IMG/VR virus record: IMGVR_UViG_3300031539_000008
Location: 1-64,000 of that record
DNA from: a virus
Reading direction: 5' to 3' (one strand)
DNA: 64,000 bases
Part shown: in pieces, positions 49,357-57,546 of the stretch
Position numbering within the stretch: position 1 is the stretch's first letter
Layout: each line of letters starts with the position of its first letter
Position numbers and translations under genes: made by a program
Notes under the pieces: model-generated
The model's database searches: none
What the model was told of the DNA's origin: nothing
The model's input: the letters and a program-made list of their open reading frames with translations, nothing else

Positions 49357-50058
49357 TCAGATCCTCATCAGTCTGCGCAGCGTTTTCCGCTGCTCGGGTT
49401 TCAGCTTTTTCTTCGGCATGCGTATTCCGCCGCCGACCGATTCGCCCGCGCGTTGGGCGAGCCAGTTGCAAAGGCCGCCGGGGGATTCGACATCTGGACG
49501 TGCCTCCATGATGGCGAGACAGGCGCTCATACTGCCGCCTGGAATGTCGACAGGATTCCCCTCGTAGGGTCCGACGCCGTATCTGGCGGTAATCTTCTGA
49601 GCCACACGAAGCAGGCTCCGAGCTTCCGTGACTCCGTTTTGTCCAAGTTTGCGGGCTGGCCCAGGGTCGTCTCCAGAGTGTTCCGCTTCGCCCACGGCCA
49701 CCGCTGCGTATTTGATGGTGTCCAGGGCTCCGTTGAAAGCCACTGTGAAATCTTCCACCCGCTGAGCCTTCTCGAAAGCCTTGGCGGCGAGACGCATCGC
49801 CTTGCGGTACCGATCCGCGTGTTCACTGCGTCCTGGGTTGGCTAGCTGCGGATCGAACCCGTACCTCCGCATGATCGAGAGGTTGTTCTTCACCGCCCGC
49901 CAGTCGCTCGGCGTCTGCGACATGAACACCGAGCCCTTCCCGCCCGGGGACGATAGCTTCCAATGACCAGCCTTGCGCAGCGTGGCTGTCCATCCCTGCG
50001 CCTTGGCCTGCTCGATCACCTCGCGCATGCGCCTGGAAAGGTCTGACTTGCGGGACAT
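49357..50058 (-). CDS. HicA-like N-domain + helical module + C-terminal tag (LRRLMRI)
   Basis: GW......GHWKL.SP......TPSDWR; NP boundaries. Confidence 0.65.
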   Translation of the reverse strand: MSRKSDLSRRMREVIEQAKAQGWTATLRKAGHWKLSSPGGKGSVFMSQTPSDWRAVKNNLSIMRRYGFDPQLANPGRSEHADRYRKAMRLAAKAFEKAQRVEDFTVAFNGALDTIKYAAVAVGEAEHSGDDPGPARKLGQNGVTEARSLLRVAQKITARYGVGPYEGNPVDIPGGSMSACLAIMEARPDVESPGGLCNWLAQRAGESVGGGIRMPKKKLKPEQRKTLRRLMRI

Positions 50059-50066
50059 GGATGGGG

Positions 50067-50402
50067 CTACCGAGCGAAGACCTCGGCGCGTGTGTGAAGT
50101 CGGCCTTCATCGAACTCGATGTGGTCGCGTTCAACCTGATCTACCAACTCGGCCGGGCAATACCTGCGGAACGGAAGCATCTCCCGTGCCGCGTGCTCTG
50201 CGACGAGGTCTGGCGGAAAGCCAAGGTTCCGCAGCATCCGATGCTCACGGCGCAACTTGTGTTGTTGAGCGTTGGGCAGATACGGAAACAGCGAATCCTC
50301 CTCAAATGCGAAGTGGCATTCCAAACAGCACGCCACATCCATGCGGCAACTATTCATCTTGTCTTTGCAGGCTCCGCAACATGGTGGCTTGACTGGCATC
50401 AC
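50067..50402 (-). CDS. Hemerythrin-like (HHE) small protein
   Basis: HFAFEEDSLFP, EH, HAARE, DH. Confidence 0.5.
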   Translation of the reverse strand: MMPVKPPCCGACKDKMNSCRMDVACCLECHFAFEEDSLFPYLPNAQQHKLRREHRMLRNLGFPPDLVAEHAAREMLPFRRYCPAELVDQVERDHIEFDEGRLHTRAEVFAR

Positions 50403-51127
50403 GTACCTCTCATGGCCTTCTCCAGGATACCCCTGGTTTTCTTGCTACTCGTGCGATTCTTCCTGGATTTCGTCCTCTTCTTCGTCGGGTTCGGGATGAG
50501 ACCCTCTGCCGCCAGTGAGGTAAAGTTACGTGGAGAGACCACCACGTGATCCAACACCGGGATTCCAGTCATCCTGCCGACCTTGACCATGCGTTGTGTC
50601 AGATCGATGTCAGCCTCGCTTGGCGAGGAGTCGCCAGTGGGATGGTTGTGTGCGATGACCACGCTGTGAGCCTGCCGACGGATCGCCTCCCGAAACAACT
50701 CTCTGGGGTGCACCTCCACCGCCGACAGGCTGCCAATGGCGATTCCGAGCACGTCGATCACTTGCTGGCGTGCGTCGAGCAACACGACGACGAAATACTC
50801 CTGCGGCTTCTTGCCGATGACCCTACGCACGAGTTCTGCTACCTCGGATGGCTGCCTGACAGTCCCCGCGCGGTCCTGACAGGCCGCGTCACACAAGCCA
50901 GCAACCGCAAATACAGCAATCACCTTCTTGGCCTGGGCAGTGGGAACCCCAAGATGGGTGAGCGCACTCATGCTCGCGTCGGAGAGTCCACGCCCGTCGG
51001 GGAAGTTCTCGGCCAGGATGGCTGCGCTTTTCTTGGTCAGCCCCAACTCACGCAGGCGGTCCACGAGCTTGCCTCGCTCCCGAATCTCCAGGAGTAGATC
51101 GTTGTGTATCGGTCGACCTCTCGGCAT
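50399..51127 (-). CDS. radC: RadC-like JAB-domain protein with C-terminal tag (ILEKAMRGT)
   Basis: QEYF...LD, VHPRELFREAI, AHNHPTGD..PS.AD, LDHVV. Confidence 0.9.
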   Translation of the reverse strand: MPRGRPIHNDLLLEIRERGKLVDRLRELGLTKKSAAILAENFPDGRGLSDASMSALTHLGVPTAQAKKVIAVFAVAGLCDAACQDRAGTVRQPSEVAELVRRVIGKKPQEYFVVVLLDARQQVIDVLGIAIGSLSAVEVHPRELFREAIRRQAHSVVIAHNHPTGDSSPSEADIDLTQRMVKVGRMTGIPVLDHVVVSPRNFTSLAAEGLIPNPTKKRTKSRKNRTSSKKTRGILEKAMRGT

Positions 51128-51540
51128 CAGGTTCCTCGCATCGCTTTACGCAGGATCGCGCGGGCGTCTGGATTATTCTTCGCATTTTTCTTGGCGGTCT
51201 TTTTGGCCTTACTGGGCTCTTGGGCGATACGCCCTTCCGCCAGCTCGATCATGCTATCCTTCTCACCGGCCCGCTCATCCAGACGATCCTGGTCGCGCGC
51301 GGCCGTGTACGCCTGGATGTAGAAGCTGTACTCGACCTTGTAGATGTGGCCGTTGACCTTCGTGTAGAGGCCGGGGATGACTCGGTCGTTCAGGCTGTCC
51401 CACAGCTCATGCCACTGGTAGTCGTCTGGGCCGTAGTCTGGCAGCGCCTGCTGTTGCTTGCGGGGGTCTGGGATTCTGGCGCTGCGTCGGTCGAACGACG
51501 ACATCTCCCGATACGGCGATGTGACAACCGGAGCCATCAC
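51127..51540 (-). CDS. Hypothetical protein with C-terminal tag (NPDARAILRKAMRGT)
   Basis: Tag; coupled ORF. Confidence 0.7.
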   Translation of the reverse strand: MMAPVVTSPYREMSSFDRRSARIPDPRKQQQALPDYGPDDYQWHELWDSLNDRVIPGLYTKVNGHIYKVEYSFYIQAYTAARDQDRLDERAGEKDSMIELAEGRIAQEPSKAKKTAKKNAKNNPDARAILRKAMRGT

Positions 51541-52331
51541 GTCCCTCGCATCGCCTTGCGCAAGATCGTCTTGGCGTCGGGGTTCTTCTTGGCCACCTTC
51601 TTCTTCGCCTTCTTCTTCGCTTCTTTCCTCGCTGGCTTCCCCCAGTTGAGTTCATCCACCAGCGAGATGGCCTTGTCGAAAGCGTCGGCACCACGAAAAG
51701 TCTCGTAGATCTTCGTCTTGTCGCGCACCGCGTATACGCCATGCGGGAGCACGTCAATCCGTACCATCGGGGATGCAGCCTTGGCCCTGGGGTTCTTCAC
51801 CCTCTTCTTGGCGCGCTTGCGCGAGGCTTTGCTCGCGGGGTTGCTGCGCAGTTTCAGCATGTCCTCCACCTCGGAGGATATGGAGCTGGCGCCGTCCATG
51901 ATGGAGTAATCGTCGGCGTGGTGTCCCTCGTTCCAAGCGGCGTGCGCATCTTCCAGGGCTAGGATGGCCAGGACTTTGCGATGTGACCCGTCTGTGGTTT
52001 CACGGGCCTTTTCAAGCGTCTTTTCAGCTTGCTTGAGGTGAGCCTTCGCCAGCCTGGCATGGGTCTTCTTGGCGGGGTTCGATGTCTTTTTGCGCGGGTT
52101 CTCGTACCCCTCGCCCTCCACGCCCCCGGCCTCGCCCCACCCAGACTCGCCGCCCGGCCACTCGTCCGAGAGCTTGGCCCCGAGCCTGGATGCCTTGCGG
52201 TCGCCGCCCTTGGGCTCGAATCCTCCACCCCGTCGCCACTCCCAGTACGCCTCCAGGTGTTCGCCGGCGGCGTGGTAGTCCTTGCGCTTGAGGGCGCTGG
52301 TGGCCATGTCGAGTGCTGCCTGCGGGTCCAT
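51537..52331 (-). CDS. NP-segmented protein with C-terminal tag (NPDAKTILRKAMRGT)
   Basis: Five NP motifs; shared helical module. Confidence 0.75.
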   Translation of the reverse strand: MDPQAALDMATSALKRKDYHAAGEHLEAYWEWRRGGGFEPKGGDRKASRLGAKLSDEWPGGESGWGEAGGVEGEGYENPRKKTSNPAKKTHARLAKAHLKQAEKTLEKARETTDGSHRKVLAILALEDAHAAWNEGHHADDYSIMDGASSISSEVEDMLKLRSNPASKASRKRAKKRVKNPRAKAASPMVRIDVLPHGVYAVRDKTKIYETFRGADAFDKAISLVDELNWGKPARKEAKKKAKKKVAKKNPDAKTILRKAMRGT

Positions 52332-52891
52332 CAGTACACCAGTCCTCTCTCCGTCACGGTTAGCCGACCGCCGCTGATGGCGATGGCCTTGGGCGGGCTT
52401 CCAGGCGACATCGCGATGCGCACGTTCTTGCCCAGGGTGTGGATGTAGTCGTCCGTCATTCCGTCCGACTTCCATTTGGAGCTGCGGTACACGATGTGAA
52501 CCGCGCGACCGTACGGCTTGAGCTGGTAGTCTTGGAGCTTGAGTTCGCCCATCTGCACGGGGTCACGCGCCGCCCATCGACGAAATAGCTTGGCCGACTT
52601 CTCCGCGCCGGCCGCCTTGAACAGCTCCTGGTCCGGACCGAGATGGCCGACCCATCGCACGTGCTTCCCAGGGAAGATCAGCAACGTCTTCAGCGTCGGG
52701 CTCCAATAGAGGTTGGGGCCCTCCCCCGTGAACTTGTGGACCTCTTCCTGCCCGTCGCTGTCGCGCTCGACCTTGATCTCCAGGGCAGTGCCAAGCAGTG
52801 CCACGTCGCCTGGATTCGGCAGGCGTGACGGCTTAGGGCCGGGGTTCCCCGCAAGTAGCAGGCACGGTAGGCAGGGGTTTTGGCGTGGCAT
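52331..52891 (-). CDS. Hypothetical protein with N-terminal NP repeats
   Basis: QNP, GNP, PNP, then globular domain. Confidence 0.65.
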   Translation of the reverse strand: MPRQNPCLPCLLLAGNPGPKPSRLPNPGDVALLGTALEIKVERDSDGQEEVHKFTGEGPNLYWSPTLKTLLIFPGKHVRWVGHLGPDQELFKAAGAEKSAKLFRRWAARDPVQMGELKLQDYQLKPYGRAVHIVYRSSKWKSDGMTDDYIHTLGKNVRIAMSPGSPPKAIAISGGRLTVTERGLVY

Positions 52892-52900
52892 CTTCGTTTC

Positions 52901-53101
52901 TCAGCGTCGTCGGGATCCCTTTTTCGGCCGCGACCGCGGCCCACCGGAATACCGTCAGCCAATCCCCGGGCCGCATGACGCGTCCCCCACTCCCCTGAAG
53001 TCGTGGAAGGACTGTGGTGCGATTTGTGGTGCGATTTGTAGCGTGGAGACGGTCGCCGCGTTGGCGCGGTCCACATCGGCTTTGCTTGGTTGAGTAGCCA
53101 T
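52901..53101 (-). CDS. Candidate small selenoprotein (in-frame TGA 52957-52955)
   Basis: MATQPSK...RGVGDASCGPGIG-UGA-RYSGGPRSRPKKGSRRR; perfect GGCCGC-GGTC-GCGGCC hairpin downstream of the UGA. Confidence 0.55.
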
Positions 53102-53664
53102 CAGGGGCGGCTTGTATCCTCATATTGTACGGGGAGCTGCGGGTCGCCGGAGCCAGGACCTGGCCCGGTGTGCTTCGTGCACACCCAGATGCCTTTGACG
53201 TACGCGAACTGCTCGCAGTCACCTGCGTCTATAGGCGTTGATCTTCCGGCTGATAGGGAACGCGAACGAGAGCGCGAACGAGAGCGCCGACGCCCAACCC
53301 CGATCCTTGGGCCCGGTGCTGTTGGTCCATGGGGGAACAGGCATCCGGTAATCATGGACCCTTGGCACTCAGCCAAATCGTGAGCACTCAGCTTGCTCGC
53401 CATCCACTGTTTCTTACACCAGGCTAGACCACTGGAGATGCACTTGCCGCGGGGGCGGCTAGGCGTGGATCCTCCGCGTGAGCCCGCCCTCCCCTTGCCC
53501 CGAGCGCCGACTCCACGGTGCAGAGTCATCTTGACCGGTGCCCCCATGCCTCGCGGCACGATCGGGATGCGGACGTGTCCATCTTGGATGTGAGAACGAG
53601 CCGCGTCGGTGTCCCATGCTCCGAGGCCGACTTGACGCTGATACAGAGTGGGGTTGTTGGCCAT
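53101..53664 (-). CDS. Multi-GxG-motif Cys-rich basic protein
   Basis: GLGA, GMGA, GVGA, GVG; RS repeat. Confidence 0.6.
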   Translation of the reverse strand: MANNPTLYQRQVGLGAWDTDAARSHIQDGHVRIPIVPRGMGAPVKMTLHRGVGARGKGRAGSRGGSTPSRPRGKCISSGLAWCKKQWMASKLSAHDLAECQGSMITGCLFPHGPTAPGPRIGVGRRRSRSRSRSRSLSAGRSTPIDAGDCEQFAYVKGIWVCTKHTGPGPGSGDPQLPVQYEDTSRP

Positions 53665-53665
53665 C

Positions 53666-54097
53666 TCAGTACCTCCCCGTCGCCCGGTACTGACGCTTGG
53701 CGGTCAGACTGATGGGCCGGCGGTTCTTCCCACCTAGCCGGCGGGTGCCGGCTCCCTTGAAGGTGAGAGACATGCCAGATGCAGGCTCGTACCACCCGCC
53801 CCGGCTCGCGCCCAGGCCCTCGGGTTCGTCCGTGTACTGGTTGTTGTTGGCGTCCACGCCGCCGTCGTCTGGATAGCCAACGGTGTCGTTGTAGTCATCC
53901 ATGCCGCCAGATGGCTGGCCATCCGGAGCGCAGTCCACGTCTGGCTGATGCGGGTAGGGCGTCTTCCCGCAGTGGCAGTAGTGGTGGTGGTGGTGGTGAA
54001 CATCCTGGTGTTCATGCTGCGGCGCACAGCCGGTGTGGCAGCCAGCCACCCCTTGCTGTTTCCCTCGCTGCTTTCGATAGCTTCGTCGTTGAGCCAT
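53666..54097 (-). CDS. His/Cys-rich GLG-motif protein
   Basis: HHHHHHYCHC; acidic segment, then GLGA, then basic tail. Confidence 0.55.
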   Translation of the reverse strand: MAQRRSYRKQRGKQQGVAGCHTGCAPQHEHQDVHHHHHHYCHCGKTPYPHQPDVDCAPDGQPSGGMDDYNDTVGYPDDGGVDANNNQYTDEPEGLGASRGGWYEPASGMSLTFKGAGTRRLGGKNRRPISLTAKRQYRATGRY

Positions 54098-54102
54098 TTT
54101 TC

Positions 54103-54876
54103 TTACCTCCGTTGTTTTCCGCGCAAAGTCAGGCCGCGCTTACCGATTCCGCCCTGGTCGCATCCCGCATCGATCCAGTAGGGCATGCTCCTGGTGGGGC
54201 ATCCAGCAAATGGCTCGGCGTAGAACTGCGCGCTCTGCCCGATCCAGTACGGCTGTTGCCCGATAGGATAGGGCACCCGTCGCTGTCGCCTTTTTCGTCC
54301 TCGACGAAATCCATAATACAGGCCGACCGGATTGGTGGTGGGTGCGCAGCCGATGTCCCCGGGATTTGGCCCGATGTACGGGTTGCATGCCGCGCCATAC
54401 CCTGGTCCTGGAGGCACCGGTGGCCGAAGAGGCCGGCGACGCGCGGGAATGGGAGTGGCAGCGGGCGGTGCAGCGGAGGTCTGTCCGACGCCAGGGCTCG
54501 TGCAGTCGCCTGTGCAGTCGCCTCCGCACTCACACTCGTGTCCAGATGCGCAGGACTCACAGCAGTACCCTTCCCACCATGGCTGGTGATGGTCCACCGC
54601 AGGGGGGCAGTCTGAGTGACCGCCGCATGGCCGCTCAGGCAGACAGATGGGAAGCGCGCCGCGAATCGAGTAGGGCGTGTAGATTCCACTCTCCATCGCC
54701 AAATAGCTGCGCTGGAGACCCGGATGCTGGACAGGCTGGCAACCGGGCCGATACGCCGGATAGGCGGGCATTTCGGTATCTCCGCTCCAGGTCCCGTGAG
54801 GCGCGCCCATTCCGCGGCGGTAGGTCAGGGGGATTCTGCGCATCGTCTTGTTCTTCCACTTGTCTCCACAGGGCAT
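54103..54876 (-). CDS. Cys/Pro-rich GxG-motif protein
   Basis: CCESCASGHECECGGDC; RRGMGA. Confidence 0.6.
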   Translation of the reverse strand: MPCGDKWKNKTMRRIPLTYRRGMGAPHGTWSGDTEMPAYPAYRPGCQPVQHPGLQRSYLAMESGIYTPYSIRGALPICLPERPCGGHSDCPPAVDHHQPWWEGYCCESCASGHECECGGDCTGDCTSPGVGQTSAAPPAATPIPARRRPLRPPVPPGPGYGAACNPYIGPNPGDIGCAPTTNPVGLYYGFRRGRKRRQRRVPYPIGQQPYWIGQSAQFYAEPFAGCPTRSMPYWIDAGCDQGGIGKRGLTLRGKQRR

Positions 54877-54880
54877 TTTT

Positions 54881-55219
54881 CTACCTCTTCGGCTTCGCGA
54901 GCGGGCGATCGTTGTAACAAACCCACCGATAGCCGTTGAAGTGTGGCGTGAACCCGGGGAGGCAGGTCACCCCCCTGGTGGTAGCGGACGCGGCGATGCG
55001 GCGACTGGGAGGCGCTGGCAGTCTGGCGCCCACGCCGTACTGCGTTGGGTGCATGAACACCTGCGGGCGGTAGGGGACTGCGTAGTCGATCACGGTATCG
55101 GTCCACGGGTCGTAGCTCGCACCGACGCCGCGGGTGCTCCCTCCGCCGAGCAGACGCTTGGCAGACTCGACTTCGCGCAGCATGCGACCGCGCCCTTTGT
55201 CACCGCTTGGGTTGTTCAT
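54881..55219 (-). CDS. MNNPS-leader GVG-motif peptide with Cys tail
   Basis: MNNPS; two GVGA; C...WVC. Confidence 0.6.
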   Translation of the reverse strand: MNNPSGDKGRGRMLREVESAKRLLGGGSTRGVGASYDPWTDTVIDYAVPYRPQVFMHPTQYGVGARLPAPPSRRIAASATTRGVTCLPGFTPHFNGYRWVCYNDRPLAKPKR

Positions 55220-55261
55220 GGGAACTCCTGGTCCCGATGCTACCGCGGCGGAGCTGTACCC

Positions 55262-56218
55262 TCAAATGTTCATCATGCGACGCATGAACGAGCCACGCGT
55301 TGCCTTCTTCGGGGCGCTCGCAGCTCGTTCCTTCGCGGTCTTCTCTACGAGCGCACACGCGGATGCAAGCGCACGCCGGGCTCCCCACGCTGTGTAGCTC
55401 CCAAGAGCCGTCTCGTCTGGGCCGATCACCGTCGCCATCGCCATGCCGTCATGCTCTGCGATGTCTCCGCCTTCGTACGCGCCAAGCGGTTGCACGTCGA
55501 TGGTGTAGCTGCGGCAGGCGAACAAGCCGCCGTTGCCCTTCACGGTACGCATGCGCACGCCAGCGGGAACTGGTGGCTGCGGTGGAACACGTTTGCGGCT
55601 GCGGTGTTTCGCCTGCTCGTGCATCAGGTCGATCACTGCCAGCGCCTCCAGGTGGGGGAACGGCTGGTCCGAGGACCATTCTGCCAACACGGCACCGGGT
55701 CCGTCTTTGATCTGGCGCGCAATCTGGACGTTTGGCCCCTGCACAAGTATATGACGGCCTCTGTACTTGTAGATGGTTCCGTTTTCGTCCTTCTGGACGG
55801 TGAGCGGAGTCTTGTTCTCGCGGAATCCTCCGTAGAGCAGGTCGTCTTCGGCGGCCTCCCCTGGATTCTTTTGGACCTTCTCCCAGAACCCCCACTCGAT
55901 TGTTCCGTCGGGCATCTTTCGCCCGCTGAAGTAGTGATGTGCCGGAGCCGTCTTTTGCAGCCCGGAGGTGATGTGGTCGAAAAGGGTATCAGCCTGGCGC
56001 TGCCAATCGCGCGGAGCCTCCTCGTACCACTCATCCCCGTCTCCACGCGCATCGGCCTCGGTGATGTAGAGATAGACGCTGCCAAGCTGTCCGCGTAGGG
56101 CACGATCTGCGTCCGGGTCAAGATGGCGCAGCGTCCCCATCAGCTCGACGATCGCCTCACCCCGAGGCCCGTCTGGCATCTGGATGAACACGGGTCCGGG
56201 CTTGGCTCGCTTACGCAT
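55262..56218 (-). CDS. Multi-module protein with C-terminal tag (FMRRMMNI)
   Basis: KNP boundary; tag. Confidence 0.7.
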   Translation of the reverse strand: MRKRAKPGPVFIQMPDGPRGEAIVELMGTLRHLDPDADRALRGQLGSVYLYITEADARGDGDEWYEEAPRDWQRQADTLFDHITSGLQKTAPAHHYFSGRKMPDGTIEWGFWEKVQKNPGEAAEDDLLYGGFRENKTPLTVQKDENGTIYKYRGRHILVQGPNVQIARQIKDGPGAVLAEWSSDQPFPHLEALAVIDLMHEQAKHRSRKRVPPQPPVPAGVRMRTVKGNGGLFACRSYTIDVQPLGAYEGGDIAEHDGMAMATVIGPDETALGSYTAWGARRALASACALVEKTAKERAASAPKKATRGSFMRRMMNI

Positions 56219-56219
56219 T

Positions 56220-56921
56220 TCACATCCTGGTCAGAACACTGGGCAGGCGTCCACGGGATTTGGCGGCTTTCTTGCCGCCGTTGACCTGTGGCTTGGGAGC
56301 ATAGTAGCGCTGTTCCCACTGCTTTGCAGCGCGCTTGGCCGCACTTATGGCGGTCTGCTCGCTGCGGTAGGGCTTGGAGGACGTGGCGGCGAGCTTGCTC
56401 TTTCGGTTGTCTTGCACCCAGAAGTGCCAGACGGTTCCGTCTCCGTCGACAGTGATGGAGAAGTCTTGCTCCGCCTCTGGATTGCGTCGTCTTCCAAGTC
56501 CACGCACAGACCAGTAGATCGGGTATCGGGCTCGTGAGTCGGCCCTGATGCGTCCACAGACTCGTGCAGCCCGGACAGAATCTCCGTGCCGCTTCGTTTG
56601 GTCGTCCACACACTGGTACCAGGGATAGGTGCCTGGCCCGCGTCGAGCCTTGTCTACCTTGCGACGTGCGGGGATGGTTTTCTGCTTCCTGGCCAGCTCG
56701 CCCGCAGCGCGCTGCAAGGTCTCTGACATGGCGAAGTCACCCGCGTTTTCCGCCTCGTAGATCAGGTCCGAAAGCCGGTCATGGTAGGCGACATAGCTCT
56801 CACCTTTCTTTCTGCGCGGGACGGCGGGACCACGTGGAATCAGCGCGGTTATTCGGCGCCTGGCAACCTTCTTGGTCGCCTTCTTTCTGCCCTTGCTAAC
56901 CTTTTTCTTGGATCGGGCCAC
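56220..56921 (-). CDS. Basic multi-module protein (RRNP; degenerate tag SVLTRM)
   Basis: RGLGRRRNP; beta3-alpha module. Confidence 0.6.
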   Translation of the reverse strand: MARSKKKVSKGRKKATKKVARRRITALIPRGPAVPRRKKGESYVAYHDRLSDLIYEAENAGDFAMSETLQRAAGELARKQKTIPARRKVDKARRGPGTYPWYQCVDDQTKRHGDSVRAARVCGRIRADSRARYPIYWSVRGLGRRRNPEAEQDFSITVDGDGTVWHFWVQDNRKSKLAATSSKPYRSEQTAISAAKRAAKQWEQRYYAPKPQVNGGKKAAKSRGRLPSVLTRM

Positions 56922-56922
56922 G

Positions 56923-57546
56923 CTACCCCTTCGGCCACTGTGATGGTGGAAGGGATAACTTCTCCTCCGCATCGAGAGACGCCCAGTTGGTACGATCGAA
57001 CTCCTTGGCCATCTTGCTCAGCCAGGCGATGGCCGAACTCAGCGTCTTGGAGTCTCTTCGGGCCAGATATTCTCCCTCCGCCAAGATGATCGCCTCGTAG
57101 TGCTTGCTTCCCCACCGGTAGACGATCAGCTTGAACGGCCCCGTTGAGGCAGCGTAGTCCTGCTCGTAGACGTTCTCTGGGCTACCGTGGCGATCGGCCA
57201 AGCTACGGTAGTAGTCGTACGCGGCCCCCTGAACCCCCTTGGACCCAGTGCCCCACATCAGGCGGTGGATGGATTCCTCGGTCTCCGTGCCTTCTGGATC
57301 GAGATGCTCGTTGCCTTGCACAAGGTCGTCAGCCCACTCGGTGTTGCCGACGTACAGGTAGTACCTACGATCCCAGGGGAACAGATGCTCTCCGGGCCCG
57401 GAAGTTTGCGTCGGCTCTCCGCGCTCGATCTGGTACTTCCAGTCTGGGAAGCCAGGCACCCTGAATGAGCTGCGGTCCTTCTTCTGGCGAAGACCAATCG
57501 CCATCGCACCAACGATGGCCATGCCCCAGATCAGTGGAAGTGGCAT
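56923..57546 (-). CDS. N-terminally anchored membrane protein
   Basis: MPLPLIWGMAIVGAMAIGLRQKK. Confidence 0.6.
   Translation of the reverse strand: MPLPLIWGMAIVGAMAIGLRQKKDRSSFRVPGFPDWKYQIERGEPTQTSGPGEHLFPWDRRYYLYVGNTEWADDLVQGNEHLDPEGTETEESIHRLMWGTGSKGVQGAAYDYYRSLADRHGSPENVYEQDYAASTGPFKLIVYRWGSKHYEAIILAEGEYLARRDSKTLSSAIAWLSKMAKEFDRTNWASLDAEEKLSLPPSQWPKG

Noticed and set aside
49357-50058. Complete HicAB toxin-antitoxin module
   Set aside because: No adjacent hicB; the HicA-like domain is part of a fusion protein
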